Source of the DNA: the human T2T-CHM13v2.0 reference genome, Homo sapiens
Length of the DNA stretch: 64,000 nt
Strand: one strand, 5' to 3'
Assembly (NCBI RefSeq): GCF_009914755.1
Contig: NC_060928.1
Part shown: positions 22,353-38,032 of the stretch, piece after piece
Layout of the letters: every line of letters starts with the position of its first letter
Numbering within the stretch: position 1 is the stretch's first letter
Position numbers and translations under genes: made by a program
The notes under the pieces: generated by a model
What the model saw: only the letters and a program-made list of their open reading frames with translations
Told to the model about the DNA's origin: nothing
Database searches by the model: none

Positions 22353-22888
22353 TGCTAGTTCTTTTTTTTTTTTTTTCCTTTTTCCAAATTTTAACCATTA
22401 GCCTTCTAACATTATCAGTTGGGTCTCTATTTGATCCTGGGTGTATCTAGTCTAGTCTTAATGAATATGCATAGATAACTGGAGAATGTCCTTCATAAAC
22501 TTATTTTTAGTTTTTTTTTTTTGATATCTTTTCTGTGTCTGGGTTTCTCTGCTAGTAAATTTCCACATATTCTGCTGATACACTTATAAGCATATTTTTC
22601 AGTAGACATGTAGGCTTTTCTAACTGACTTAATAACAACAACAACATAAAACAATTTAATATTATAGATGTTACTGTCAGTCATGGCAGTGTGTTTCATG
22701 AAAGAGATTGGACTGAAAGGTGGTACCTTAGAAGGCAGTTGAGCTGTGAGACAAGTTTGAAGAATAGGTTTCAGGGGCCTTTAGAATCAGAGGCAGCTAC
22801 AGTGTGGGTAAAGAAAAATGTGCTTTTCACAAGGTAGAAACTTAATATTTTTTGAATGAAGAGAGAGAAATAACAGGAAGAGTGTTGA

Positions 22889-23200
<312 letters not shown>

Positions 23201-24669
23201 CAATCCTGCGTTGTCTTGAAGAGAATGGTCTAGTATTCAAACCAAAGGAAAACGATGAGTGGAAAAAGCCTTTTGAATTTATTGGAAAGAAGGTCATAAA
23301 TGGATATCTGAGAAACAATTTTGTTGTCCTGTGAGGACAAAAGGGTTTAACAAGCTCTGATGATGGAGTTAAAGGAAGGAGAGAAGTTGGGTAGTAGTTG
23401 AAAGGGGTCCCAAAGTGTAGTTACAATTTTTTTTTTTTTTTTTTGACAGAGTCTGACTCTGTCACCCAGGCTGTTGTGCAGTGGTGTGATCTCAGCTTAC
23501 TGCAACCTCCACCTCCCCAGGTTTATGAGATTCTCCAGCCTCGGTCTCCTGAGTAGCTGGGATTACAGGTATCTGCTGCCACCCCCAGCTAATTTTTATA
23601 TTTTTAGTAGAGACAGGGTTTCACCATGTTGGCCAGGCTGGTCTCAAACTTTTTTTTTTTTTTTTTAAGAGACAGGGTCTTGCTTTGTCACCCAGGCTGG
23701 AGTGCAGTGGCACGTTCATAGCTCAGTGTTGCCTTGAATTCCTGGGTTCAAGCAATCCTCCTGCCTTGGCCTCCTGAGTAGCTACGACTACAGGCATGGG
23801 CCCACCACACCCGGCTCATTTTTAAATTTTTTGTAGAGACAGAGTCTTACCAGCTTGCCCAGGCTCATCTCAAACTCCTGGGCTCAAGCAGTCTTCCCAC
23901 CTCAGCCTCCCAAAGTGCTGGGACTATAGGCATGAGCTACCATACCCAGCCTAGTTAGAATTTTTAAAGATAGCTGAGATATATACATGTTTAACGGTAA
24001 AAAAGGAAGTGTCAGAGAAGGGAAAGCTACAAAGAGAAGAGGATAAACAGGAATTGGGATCAAATGAGCATTCACTAGAATGTAAGCTCCATGAGTGCAA
24101 GCTTTTGTGTCTTTTTTTGTTCATTGATGTATGCTCAGTGCTTAAAACAGTGCCTGGCACTTAATAGATGCTACAGAAAGGGACATATATTTTCAGAAAA
24201 GGATAATTAAAAATTTGTTAATCTTCTAACCATTATAAAGATTTTATAGTTAAGGATAAAAGGTCTTTGTAACATTAAAAACAAGTTTCTGAATATTAAT
24301 TTACATAAAGCAAAATAGACCTGCCTTAGGTCAGATTTTTTTTGGAATTAAACTTCTGCTTAGAGTATTTTTAGTATGATTTGTTTGAATATTACAATAT
24401 GTTCTTTTATTTATCTCTTTGTGTTTAATTTTTTTTCTTTTTTGAGAGAGGGTCTTATTCTGACTCCAGTGCAGTGGTGCAACCTTGGCTCACTGTAACC
24501 TAAACCCCCTGGGTTCAAGTGATCCTCTCAACTTAGCTTCCCAAGCAGCTGGGACTATAGGTGCACACTACCACACCTGCCTAATTTTTGTCTTTTTTGT
24601 ATAGTTGGGTTCTTGCTATGTTGCCGAGGCTGATTTTTACTCTTTTATTTTATTTATTTATTTTTTTGA

Positions 24670-24774
<105 letters not shown>

Positions 24775-25000
24775 TAGTAGCTGGGACTATAGGCGCATGC
24801 CACCGTACCTGGCTAATTTTTGTATGTTTAGTAGAGATGGGATTTCACCATGTTGGCCAGGCTGGCCTTGAACTCCTGGCCTCAAGTGATCCACAAAATG
24901 ATAGTACTTGAATAATTTATTTTGTTTATGACTTTGGAAAAATTAGGAGAGAAAATTTAGAAGAAAAGGTAATGAAAATTATTTCATTTATCTTTCACAG

Positions 25001-25125
25001 GACTTTGCAAGAGGATAATCCAAGTGGAGTCATTCTTAGTACTGATGATTATTTTTATATAAATGGACAGTACCAGTTTGATGTAAAGTACTTAGGAGAA
25101 GCACATGAATGGAACCAGAATCGTG
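25001..25125 (+). CDS. N4BP2: N4BP2 coding exon 3 (kinase domain)
   Basis: tctttcacAG|G; TLQEDNPSGVILSTDDYFYINGQYQFDVKYLGEAHEWNQNR; donor GTG|GTAAGA; 125 nt. Confidence 0.95.
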
Positions 25126-26392
25126 GTAAGAACAGATAATCAGATTCTGGGTAACGTTATGAGTAATACAAAGAAAAAATTCACTTAGTATTTGTTTGTG
25201 TGTTTGTTTTTGTTTTTTGAGACAGGGTCTCGCTGTGTTGCACAGGCTAGAGTGCAGTGGCATGATCTTGGCTCACTGCAGCCTTGACTTCTGGGTTCAG
25301 GTGATCCTCCCACCTTAGCCTCCCAAGTAGCTGGGACCACAGATGTGCCACCATGCCTGGCTAATTTTTGTATTTTTTGTTGTCCAGCCTGGTCTTGAAC
25401 TCCTGGGCTCAAGCAATCTGCCTCTCTTAGCCTCCCAAAGTGCTGAGTTTGCAGAAGTGAGCCACTGCGCCCAGTTAAATTGGCTTAGTATTTTTTTTTT
25501 TTCGAGATGGAGTCTCACTTTGCGCCCAGGCTGTAGTACAGTGGTGCAATCTGGGTTCACTGCAACCTCTGCCTCCTGGGTTCAAGTGATTCTTCTGCCT
25601 CAGCTTCCTGAGTAGCTGGGATTACAGGTGCATGCCACCGCACCTGGCTAATTTTTGTATTTTTTATAGAGACGGGGTTTCCCCGTGTTGGCCAGGCTGG
25701 TCTCGAACTCCTGACCTTAGGTGGTCCGCCTGCCTTGGCCTCCCAAAGTGCTGAGATTACAGGTGTGAGCCACCGTGCGTGGCCTATAACTGTATAGTAT
25801 ATATAAAATTTTAACTGTCATTAACATTAATTCTTATGTTACATAGTAAGAGGTGAGTTTATTTCATAGGGTGGTTATAAGGATTCAAAGAGTTAATTTT
25901 TGTAAGGTACTTAGAATATTGTGTGGCATATTTAAGTTATCAGTAGGGATCTTTTGAGAAGTAAATCTAATTTTCTGCTTGGGTCTCAGAATAGCTGTAA
26001 GGAAATTGCAGTTGTTTCCTATGTATCTTTTTTTTTTTTTTTGACACAGTATCTCGCTCTGTTGCCCTGGCTGCAGTGCAGTGGTGTGATCTCGGCTCAC
26101 TGCAACCTCCGCCTCCCACGTTCAAGGGATTCTCATCCTCAGCCTCCCAGCCTGAGTAGTTGGGACTATAGGTGTGTGATACCATGCCTGGCTAATTTTT
26201 GTATTTTTAGTAGCGACGGGGTTTTGCCACATTGGCCAGGGCCAGGCTTGTCTCAAACTCCTGGCCTGAAGTGGTCTGCCTAACTCGGCCTCTGAAAGTC
26301 CTGGGATTACAGGTTTGAGCCACCATGCCCAGCCTGGTTACTGCTTTCTAAAATGGAATTTGAACCACCAGAAATGGAATTTGACCAGTTAA

Positions 26393-26635
<243 letters not shown>

Positions 26636-26903
26636 TGAACACCTGACCTTGTGATTCACCTGCCTCGGCCTCCCAAAGTGCTGGGATTACAGGCATGAGC
26701 CACTACGCCTGGCAATTGGTTTACTTTTTATGGAAGATAGTGTGAGAATAAAAACGACTCTCTAAACTGAATCTGTGGGGACATCATAGGTAAAAATTTA
26801 GTTTCCTTGCTAGTGTAACTGTCTATTCAGTGAAGATAGTTTTATCATTAAATGTTTATTTGCATAGTTTGAATTTTCTATGGAGAATCTTGTTAAGATA
26901 TAG

Positions 26904-27041
<138 letters not shown>

Positions 27042-27535
27042 TGAGTAGCTGGGACTACAGGCATATGCCACCATGCCCAGCTAGTTTTTGTATTTTTAGT
27101 AGAGACAGGGTTTCACCATGTTGGCCAGGATGGTCTCGATCTCTTAACTTTGTGATCCACCTATCTCAGCCTCCCGAAGTGCTGGGATTACAGACATGAG
27201 CCACCACACCTGGCCCTCAGTCTTTTATGATAAGTGTACTGTAAAGGTGATTCTTGGGTTTGCCATCTTCAGACATTGTTAAATTTTTATATATTCTTTT
27301 TTGAACTAAAGATTAAGAATTCAGGAATCTGAAAATGCCAACATAACTAAAACCAAAGGAGGCAGTATGATTTGGTGATGAAGATCACCCTTGGATTCAC
27401 CAGTTACTAGCTATATGATCTTGTGCAATTTACTTATACTTTCCAAGGCCCAGTGTCCCCTTTGTAAAAGGGAATAATAATACTTAACTCCCAGGATTGT
27501 TGTGAAAGTTAAATGAAGGTGAAAAGTGTTAACAT

Positions 27536-27831
27536 TGGCTGGGCGCGGTGGCTCATGCCTGTAATTCCAGCACTTTGGGAGGCTTAGGCAGATGGATCAC
27601 CTGAGGTCAGGAGTTTGAGACCACCCTGGCTAACATGGCGTTACCCCATCTCTACTAAAAATACAAAAATTAACCGGGCATGGTGGTGCACACCTATAGT
27701 CCCAGCTACTTGAGAGGCTGAGGCAGGAGAATTGCTTGAACCTGGGAGGCGGAGGTTTCAGTGAGTCAGGATCCCACTACTGCACTCCAGCCTGGGTGAC
27801 AGAGCAAGACTCTGTCTCAAAAAAAAAAAAA
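27536..27831 (+). mobile_element. Sense Alu inserted in a MIR
   Basis: ggctgggcgcggtggctca...A-tail; TSD-like aaaagtgttaacat / aaaagtgttagcat. Confidence 0.88.
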
Positions 27832-27899
27832 GTGTTAGCATGGTTCAGCATGCCCTTATAACAGCAACAATAATATATGTTAATAGGCGGAATTCATTT

Positions 27900-28990
27900 T
27901 AAAACTGCTTTGTTAAGACAAAATTCATGTGCCATACAAATCATCCATTTAAATTGTATAATTCAGTAGTTTTTAGAACTTAATATTCAGGGCTGTGCAT
28001 TCGTTAATACACTCTATTTAATTTGGCTTTGCTGCAACTTTTAGAACACGCTAAATTTTAGAACATTTTTATCATCTCAGAAAGATTCTGTACCTATTAG
28101 CAGTCACTCTTCATTTCTTTCCAGTCTGTGTTTTGTCCCTATAGATAATTTGCCTATTCCAGACATTTCCTACAACATGTGGACTTTTGTGATTGGCTTC
28201 TTTCACTTAGTATAATGTTTTCAAGCTTCATCCATGTTGTAGCATGTGTTTCATTCCTTTATATGGATGAGTAAGATTCCACTGGGTGGATATATCACAT
28301 TTTATTAATCTATTCATCAGTTAATAGACATTTGAGTTGTTTTCACTTTTTGGCTATTAAGAACAGTGCTGCTATAAACAAACACACATGTCTATGTCTA
28401 ACCTTTTTAGGAACTGCCATGCTGTTTTCCAAAGCAATCATACCTTTTTATGTTTCCTCTAATAATTTATGAGGGTTTCAACTTTTCTACATCCTCACCA
28501 ACACTTGTTATTGTCCGTTTTTTTGATTATTCCTATTCTGGTAGGTGTGAAGTGGTATCTCACTGTGGTTTCAATTTGCTTTTCTCTGATGGCTAATGAT
28601 GTGGAACATCTTTTTGTGTGTTTTTTGGCCATTTGTATATCTTCTCTGGAGAAATGTCTATTCATATTTGCTCTGTCACTTAGACTGGAGTGCAGTGGCA
28701 CGATCTTGGCTCATTGCAACCTCCGCCTCCTGGGTTCAAGTGATTCTTGTGCCTCAGCCTCCTGAGTAGCTGGGATTACAGGTGCAAGCCACTACGCCCG
28801 GCTAATTTTTGTATTTTTAGTAGAGACGGGGTTTCACTGTGTTGGCCAGGATGGTCTCGAACTCCTAACCTCAGGTGATCCGCCCGCCTCAGTATCCCAA
28901 AGTGCTGAGATCATAGGTGTGAGGTACCGTGCCCAGCCTCCTTTGCCCATTTTTAAATTGGTTCTTTGTTTCTTCATTAGTGAGTTGTTA
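27900..28990 (-). mobile_element. Old L1M 3' region interrupted by an Alu
   Basis: ORF 28495-28701 gives an L1 ORF2-like peptide ([26 protein letters not shown]). Confidence 0.8.
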
Positions 28991-29356
28991 GAGACTGGGC
29001 AGAACTTTGAAAACTTCCAAATAAATTACTTGTAAGACTTACTTGTTGTGGTACATCATTAATTTCCTGTATGGTCTAATTCCTTTGGAAGAAAGGTAAG
29101 AAAATCCCTTGTGCAATGGTGTATTATAATGTTTTCTTTATTTCAGATCATTACATTGTGTGTGTGTATATTTGTCCATTTGTTTTTGTTGTTTGTTTTT
29201 AAACTTTATTTTTGAATATTAGATATATGGAAAAGTTGCAGAGATACTATGGAAAGCTTCTGTATACCCTTCACTCATTTATCCTTCATGTTAACATCTA
29301 ATATAACGAGGATACATTTGTCAAAACTAAGAAATTGGTTTATTATTATTAACTAA

Positions 29357-29656
<300 letters not shown>

Positions 29657-30184
29657 TGATCCGCCTGACTTGGCCTCCCAAAGTGCTGGGATTACAGGCA
29701 TGAGCCACCGCGCCCGGCCTTGTTTTGTATTTTTTAGGCAGAGTCTTACTCTGTTGCCCAGGCTGGAGTGCAGTGGCCTGATCTTGGCTCACTGCAACAT
29801 CTGCCTCCTGGTTTCAAGTGATTCTCTTACCTCAGCCTCCTGAGTAGCTGGGACTACAGGTGGGCACCACCACACCCAAATAATTTTTGTATTTTTAGTA
29901 GAGATGGGCTTTCACCATGTTGGCCAGGCTGGTCTTGAACTCCTGGCCTCAAGTGGTCTGCCCGCTTTGGCTTCCCAAAGTGCTGGGATTATGGGCATGA
30001 GCCACCATGCCCAGCCAACCCATACTTACTTAATTTTTATGTCCTCAAAGGGATATTTAGAAGTTGAGCAGTGAGTAAAATTAGCACATCATGATTTTCA
30101 AATTATGAAAAGATCAGATTTTTTGAAAATCATAATACTTAGTATTGTTTAAAAAATGATTTTTAATTATGTTATGTTTTTCAG

Positions 30185-30273
30185 CAAAAGAAGCATTTGA
30201 GAAGAAGATATCTCCTATAATTATAGATAATACAAACCTACAGGCATGGGAAATGAAACCATATGTTGCTTTG
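30185..30273 (+). CDS. N4BP2: N4BP2 coding exon 4 (kinase Walker-B-like IIIDNTN)
   Basis: tttttcAG|CA; [30 protein letters not shown]; donor TTG|GTTAGT; 89 nt. Confidence 0.95.
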
Positions 30274-30991
30274 GTTAGTACCATAAGTTGTCATAAGTTT
30301 ATAACAGTTTGTATGCAATTATTGGGGAACATTAATTATGAAAGTGAATCTGAAGCACTTAAGAATCTCAGAACCTTGGATAGTCTGTAAATGAGCTTTC
30401 ATTGGTGTTCAGCAAAATGAGGAAATTAGGCCATTTAGCTGAGTTTTTCCATAAAGTTAAAGTTTTAAATTCTGAAATTCAATTTTTGAACTCTAAGATT
30501 GTTTTGTTTTTTGGGGTCTTTTATGAAAAGGTAGTGGTACTAAATTATAATTTTATTTTTTTGTTTGTACCTATGTTATATATATTTATTTCCTTTTCCT
30601 CATACTTGGCAGAATCAAAATTTGTTGGTCCTTTGTTTTTCCCTAAATTTCTTTTGAAATTTTGCTGTTCTGAGAAATTCAGCATTCTGTAAACTCAGCT
30701 ATTTTCTCTGAATTTGCCAGATTTCTTTTAATGTTTAAGTCCTTTGCCTTTACCTGACCTATACCTAATCCTCTTCTTGCCCTTCTTGCTCTTTTTTGCT
30801 CACCTTTTTTTTTTTGTTGTTGAGATGGAGTTTTGCTCTTGTTGCCCACGCTGGAGGGCAGTGGCGTGATCTCGGCTTACTGCAACCTCTGCCTCCTGGG
30901 TTCAATCGATTCTCCTGCCTCAGAAACTGAGAAACTGGGATTACAGGTGCCCGCCACCACGCCCAGCTAATTGTTTGTATTTTTAGTATAG

Positions 30992-31138
<147 letters not shown>

Positions 31139-31532
31139 TAAAGAACATTCTGTCATTAGCACATGTAGAATTTAAATATTACTGTGTAGTATTTTCATCT
31201 TGTGGTTATGCCTTCACTTATTTAGTCAGTTCTATATTAATAGCCATGTAGTTATTTGTATCCTTTTGCTGTTACAAATACTGGAAAACTGGCTATCCTG
31301 GCATATATCTAATGTATGTATTATATAAATAAATGCTCTTATATAAGTATTTATCAGTAGCTAAATTTCTAATAGTTAATTGCTGGGTTAAAGTGATTGT
31401 ATATTTTGCCATTTTAACACACTCATCAAGATTAGATAATCTTTACGTTTTACATGCTATATATTTGGAAACAATAATTTTAATTTCTTGGAAATACCTA
31501 TTTTAAAATGTTTTTGTCTTTGTTGTATGTAG

Positions 31533-31609
31533 TCTCAGAAACACAAATATAAAGTCCTTTTTCGGGAACCAGACACATGGTGGAAGTTTAAACCAAAGGA
31601 ACTTGCAAG
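31533..31609 (+). CDS. N4BP2: N4BP2 coding exon 5
   Basis: tgtatgtAG|TCT; SQKHKYKVLFREPDTWWKFKPKELAR; donor AAG|GTAAAA; 77 nt. Confidence 0.93.
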
Positions 31610-31798
31610 GTAAAACTTGGAGGCTACCTAACATGCTTTTTATGTAACGACAGACAGACAAGGTCCGTTTAGATTTTTCCCCTTGTAAATGATGAATGAA
31701 TTGATTAGATTGTAACTTAATTTCTATTGCTTACGGCTTTTTGTCCAGTTTTATGAAGAGTTTCTTTGTGTTTCTAAAATTGAGTTAATTTACGGTAA

Positions 31799-32026
<228 letters not shown>

Positions 32027-33315
32027 TAAAGCTAGAACAGACCCTAGGATTTGGCACACCTGAACTATGTGCTACTGGGAGGGGCGAATTGTCGTAGCTG
32101 CTTAGTGATTTAGAGCACTGGAAGGTAGTACGGATATAGAGATGGAAAAGGTAGCAAATATCCAGCTGTCCAGATATCTCACTCCATGCCTGCCTCCCAC
32201 TATGGCTATACTTTTTTCTTTATTGAGTTGCTTGACTTGAATAAAAATGTTAGTCAAGGCATGGATGTACAGTTTGTTTTGCTTTGTGTTCTATACTTCC
32301 ATAGAGATAGCCCTAACTTCATTTTGGTTAGGCTATTTTTTTTTTCTTGGCAATTTCAACTAACTTTAGTACTAAAGGACAACCTAATTTTAGTATATTC
32401 ACAGTGTTGTGTGATCATCACCCCTATGTAATTTCAGAACTTTTCCATTTCCTCCAAAGAAGCCCTATGCCTACAAGCAGTTACTCTAGTTCCCCCCTCC
32501 TCTTGGCAACCACTAATGTGTGTTCTGTATTTATGGGTTTTCCTGTTGCGTATACTGCATATAAATGGAACATACAATATGTGGCTGTTTGTGTCTGGCA
32601 TCTTTTCACTTAGCTTAATGTTTTTAAGGCTCATCCATGTTGTAGCATGTGTCACTACTTCCTTTTCATTTCCTTTTGATAGATTACTGAGTTTGGTTTT
32701 CTGATATTTCATTTAGGATTTTTGCATCTTTATAAATAAATGAGATTGACCTACAGTTTTTTTATTCCTTGACTTGTCTTGCCTGACAGGGATATCATAG
32801 TTTTAGGATCATGAAATTAATTGGGAAGTATCTCCTCTTTTCTTCTTTTCTAGGTTTATCTAAGTTTGAATGTTAGAATTTACTTTAAAAATTCTTTGGA
32901 TCTGATGTTTTCTTTGTGAGAATGTTTAGTTGGAATTTTTCCGTTATAGCAACGTTTCCAAATTTATTAAGACTATTAAAGCAATTATAGTAGTCTCTTA
33001 CTATTTACACATCTACTGTGTTAGCAGTTAAGTTCCCTCCTGCAATCTTAGTATGTTTATATTATCTTCCTTCTTTTTTCTTTGTTATTCTCATCAGAGA
33101 TCAGATTAGCCTTTTCAGATAAACAAGTCTCAGCTTTATTTGAACTCCATCGTAAGTTTTCTAATGTTTAATTAATTTCTGCTTCTCATTATTCTACCTT
33201 TATTGCTTTCAAAAATCAATTTTGCTTTTTTTATTCTCTTGTGTTTTAAACTTCTCTACTTGAAGGTTTAGGTCATTTTCTAATATGACATTTGATGTTA
33301 AAATTTCCCTATGTA

Positions 33316-33610
33316 TGCCAGGTGTGGTGGCTCCTGCCTGTGATCCCAGTACTTTGGGAAGCTGAAGCAGGAGGATTTCTTGAGCCCAGGAGTTTGAGAC
33401 TAGTCTGGGCAACAGAGTGGGACCCTGACTCTACAAAAAATAAAAAAATTAGCTGGGTATGGTGGCGTTCGCCTGTGGTCCCAGGTACTCGGATGCTGAG
33501 GTGGCAGGATTGCTGTAGCCTGGGAGGTCGAGGCTGTGATGAACTGTGATTGTGCCATTGCACTCCAGCCTAGGCAACAGAGCGAGACTCTGTCTCCCAA
33601 TAAAATAAAA
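33316..33610 (+). mobile_element. Sense AluJ inside old L1M
   Basis: Alu body with J-type features (ttgagcccaggag, gaggctgtgatgaac). Confidence 0.85.
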
Positions 33611-35969
33611 TTTTCATATGTATTATTTTAGCTGCTCTCAGAATTTTAATATATAATACTTTATTTTTGTCTTATTTAGTTATTTTCTAGTTTGCATTAT
33701 GATTAATTTCATTCTTTAACTCTTGGGTTATGTCGTACTGTGTTTTTAAATTTCTGAACAGATGAGTGTTTTGTCTTTTATAAAAATTGGTTTTCAACTT
33801 AACTACAGTAGGTCAGGTTGTGTAGTTTGTATGATTCACTGACATTTATAAGATTTTTTTGGCCTAGTTAAGTGTTGATTTTTTATACATTTCATATTTG
33901 CTTGATAAGAATGTACATGATTACAATGTGTTAATATATCCATTAAATCATGCTTATTGTTACTCATATCTCCTGTATTTGAGAGATGAATGTTGAAATC
34001 TCCCTTTATTATGTTGAACTTGTGGTTTCTCCTTATAATTCTGCCTATGTTTGCTTTACATATTTGGAGGGTAGTTTTTGAAATGTATACAAGCTTAAGA
34101 TTTTTATATCACCCTAATTAATTGAACCTTTTATTATTTTCTAGTGATTTTCTTTTGTCTTTAGTAGTGATTTTTGTTGTAAAGTGTAATTTGTCTAATA
34201 TTGATAGACCTACATCAGCTTCCTTTTAGTTAGTATTTGTTACTTCTTTTTTCATACTTTTACTTTGAATATTTTTATGTTCGATGTATCTCTTGTAAGC
34301 ATGATGGCTGGATTTTTTGAAATCCACTCTGTCCACCTTGACTTTTAACTGATAAACTTAGTTCTTTTATGGTTATTTTGGTTATTCATATAATTGATCT
34401 TGTTTCTTAGAATTATTCATATAATTGATCTTGTCTCATTCTGTGCTTTTTGTTTATCTCGCCTTTTCTGTGATTGTTCTTCTATTATAGAAAATGATGT
34501 AGTTGGATTTTTTTCCTATCATGCCTTATTTAAAATTTTTAAAATTGTTTCCAAATTTTTGTATTAAATTTTTTTCTTCTCTACTAATTTGGAAATTGTG
34601 CAGACTTTAAATCTAAAGTCAAACCATTTTCTTGGCTTTCCTCCTCACGCATACGAAGACTTTAAAACATTTTAATTCTGACACTTGCCTCCCTCTCAAT
34701 TTACATGCTCTCATTGTCCAGAATATACAGGTAGTGTTTATTTTCACTTATTCATCTAGTTATTGCTTTCTGCTTCATTTTTTTCTTGCATCATATACCT
34801 TTCATCTGGGAATTGCCTTCTGCCTGATGTTCATCTTTGAGAATTTTCTTTATAGTAAGGGTCTGCTTGGTGTCAAATTCTTTTTTTAAAATCTGCAGAT
34901 CTTTTTATTGCCCTCATTCTTGTAAGATACTTTTGCTGGATATGTATATTCTATACTGACAGTTATTTTCTGTTGTTGAAGATAACACTTCACTCCCTTC
35001 TGACTTACATTATTATTGTTGTTAAGTCAGCTGTCATTCTAATTGTTTCTTTGTAGATAACTAGTTTTAAAATGATTTTTTAAAATTTCTGGTTGCTTTT
35101 AATATCATCTCTTTGTCTTTGGTGAATGACAATTTCAGTACTATGTTTCTAGTTATGGATTTCTTATTTTTTTATCTTGTTTGGCATTTGTTGGCTTCTG
35201 AAATTAAGGGATTGGTGTTTTTCATCAGTTCTGGAAAATTCTCAGCATTTTTCTTTACATTGCTTCCGTCCCATGCATTCTCTTCTCTTTCCGGGACTTA
35301 GATTAGATGTATACTAGAACTTTTGGCTCTGGCTCCTATGACCCTTAACCTCTCTTTCATATTTTCTATCTCTTTGCTTCTCTGTGATCTGAAACCAGAC
35401 AAGATCGAGGTAGGTAAATATGAAAGCCAGATTTGCCCAACTGGCAAATGCATATATTATCCCTGGGATCCAGTCACAAAGCCTTGAATTCAACCCAAGA
35501 CAGGAAAGTTGCAATTGAGATGTTTTCATTAAGACCAAACCTTTGAGGGGCTAAAGCATAACATCTGGCCTCCTGGCAGGTATAAACCTAGATGCTGTGT
35601 GAAAGTACTCCGAGTTGAAGGCCTCAGAATTCTCATATATTAAGTTCAACCAAATATGAGCTTATAATAAAAAACATTTTTGAAAAAGGCACTATGAGTG
35701 AAAACACAAACAACTAACTTCATATTTGAACATCTAGAAACTTCAAATACTAGAATTTTTTTTCTTTGTTTGAACTTAAGTGTATAATTTAAGAAATCCT
35801 TAATAAAATGAAAATTAGAATCAAATTGTATATATTGTGGTCACAATAAAGCAGCTTTGATATTCGTATCTATTAGAAATATATTATTGTTTTCCTAGAC
35901 ATATGTTCTGATTTTTAAAAACTTAATTATCAATATTCCTTCAACCCTTTTTTCCCCTGGAATTTTCAG

Positions 35970-36125
35970 GCGTAACATTCATGGGGTAAGCAAAGAAAAA
36001 ATAACAAGAATGTTGGAACATTATCAACGTTTTGTTTCAGTGCCAATAATTATGAGTTCTTCGGTTCCAGAGAAAATTGAACGTATTGAGTTGTGTGCAT
36101 ATTCTTGTGAGGATAGAAGCACTAG
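35970..36125 (+). CDS. N4BP2: N4BP2 coding exon 6 (kinase lid RNIHGV)
   Basis: ttttcAG|G; RNIHGVSKEKITRMLEHYQRFVSVPIIMSSSVPEKIERIELCAYSCEDRST; donor TAG|GTAGGT; 156 nt. Confidence 0.94.
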
Positions 36126-36221
36126 GTAGGTTAAAATGCCTTATGTACAAAATTCAATTTGAAATATAATTTTTAAAAGGTATAATTTTGGAGCTTGTGG
36201 AATCATTGCTGATAAACTTTA

Positions 36222-36553
<332 letters not shown>

Positions 36554-38032
36554 AGGTGGACTTTTGTTATTTTTAAGGATTTACTTATAGTCTTACCTAG
36601 GGTGGGATATATGTAGTTATCAAGAGAAGTACAAGTTCATATGAGAGATGACATGACAGTTCTTTTATTGTCCTCAGAGTTTTGTGAGTCCGTGATTATG
36701 CTATGAATTCTCCTGCCAGTTTTACTTGACGCTCGCTGCTAATCCAGTATTTCCCTTATCTTCTCGCTGTTATTATTTTGTATCCACTCAAATCACTTCT
36801 TAATTTCCTTAAGTTTTAATGAAAATACTCTTTCAAGCTAGTGTTATAAAAATTATTAACAGTACACTTTTACCAAGTAATACAAGTCATGGCCTTCTGA
36901 CAATTTGCAATCCAAGGTAGCACTGATTCTGTTTAGCAACGAAGACACATAAACAATTGAATAAATAAAAACAGCATTAACTGACAGACAGAGTAAAGAA
37001 GAAACCACAGGTCTGAATTATCCATATGTTTTGATGGTAAGGGATAGAGAGCTTCTGTTAAAAAGGAGTTGGGAATGGGGAAGAGAAAATTTATAAATGC
37101 TTTTTTGATTGAGAAACAGTGTTGCAAAGTGGTTAAGAGCATGGACTCTTGAGCTATATTTCCTGGGTTCAAAAAGTCCCAAAGCTTTGTCATCTCTGAC
37201 AAGTTACAAATCTTTCTGTACTTCAGCTCTTCATTTCTAAAATGCCAGTAATAACACTCTGCTCATAAAAATCTTATAAGGATTATGAATTAGTACATGC
37301 AAGGGACTTAAAGTAGCATCATCTAACACATAGAAAACTCAGCGTTAGGTATGATTTCACTTAGGAAGGCATCCTGCGAGAGTTGGGACTTCGAGCACTC
37401 CTGAAGTTAAAAAAAAGAGGAAATGCATTGACAAATTTAATCGAGAAAAATTAACTAAAGTTGAGAGTATAATGATTTGCACAAGTGCTCTGAGTCTGAA
37501 ATTAACATTAAGTATGGCTTTAAAAAATCTTACCAAATGACATTTCAAATGAAAGCTCTTTTTTTCTAATTTCTCTTAATCGGGCAAATAGCGTTGGTTG
37601 GCCCTTTGTGACTTTGTAAATGAAGCTTCCTCGGTATCAGACCTATTTTACATATGCTTAGCTATGTAAAACTAAGGTCAGAAAGAAGCTAGAAAAGTGG
37701 TGTCCTCTCCTGGGAACAAATTCAGAGCTTTAACTTTAATGCATAATTAACACCTAAACTGAAAATCTCATATGTACTATTCAATTAAAAAAAAAGTTTG
37801 AGTGCTTCATATATGCCAAGCATCATGCTAGGTAATGGGGTTACAACAATGTAATGTGTTCATAGGGTATTAGAGAAAGATCAGAATTAGCTTTTATAAT
37901 TTTAATGTAATTTATTTATAAAATTTTCAGAATAACTGTTAAGTGCCCTGTCAATTAATGCTTCTTTAAATCATAGTATTGATGGCAGCATTAAGAGACT
38001 TTCTCATGATACTCTTTAAAATAATCTTACAG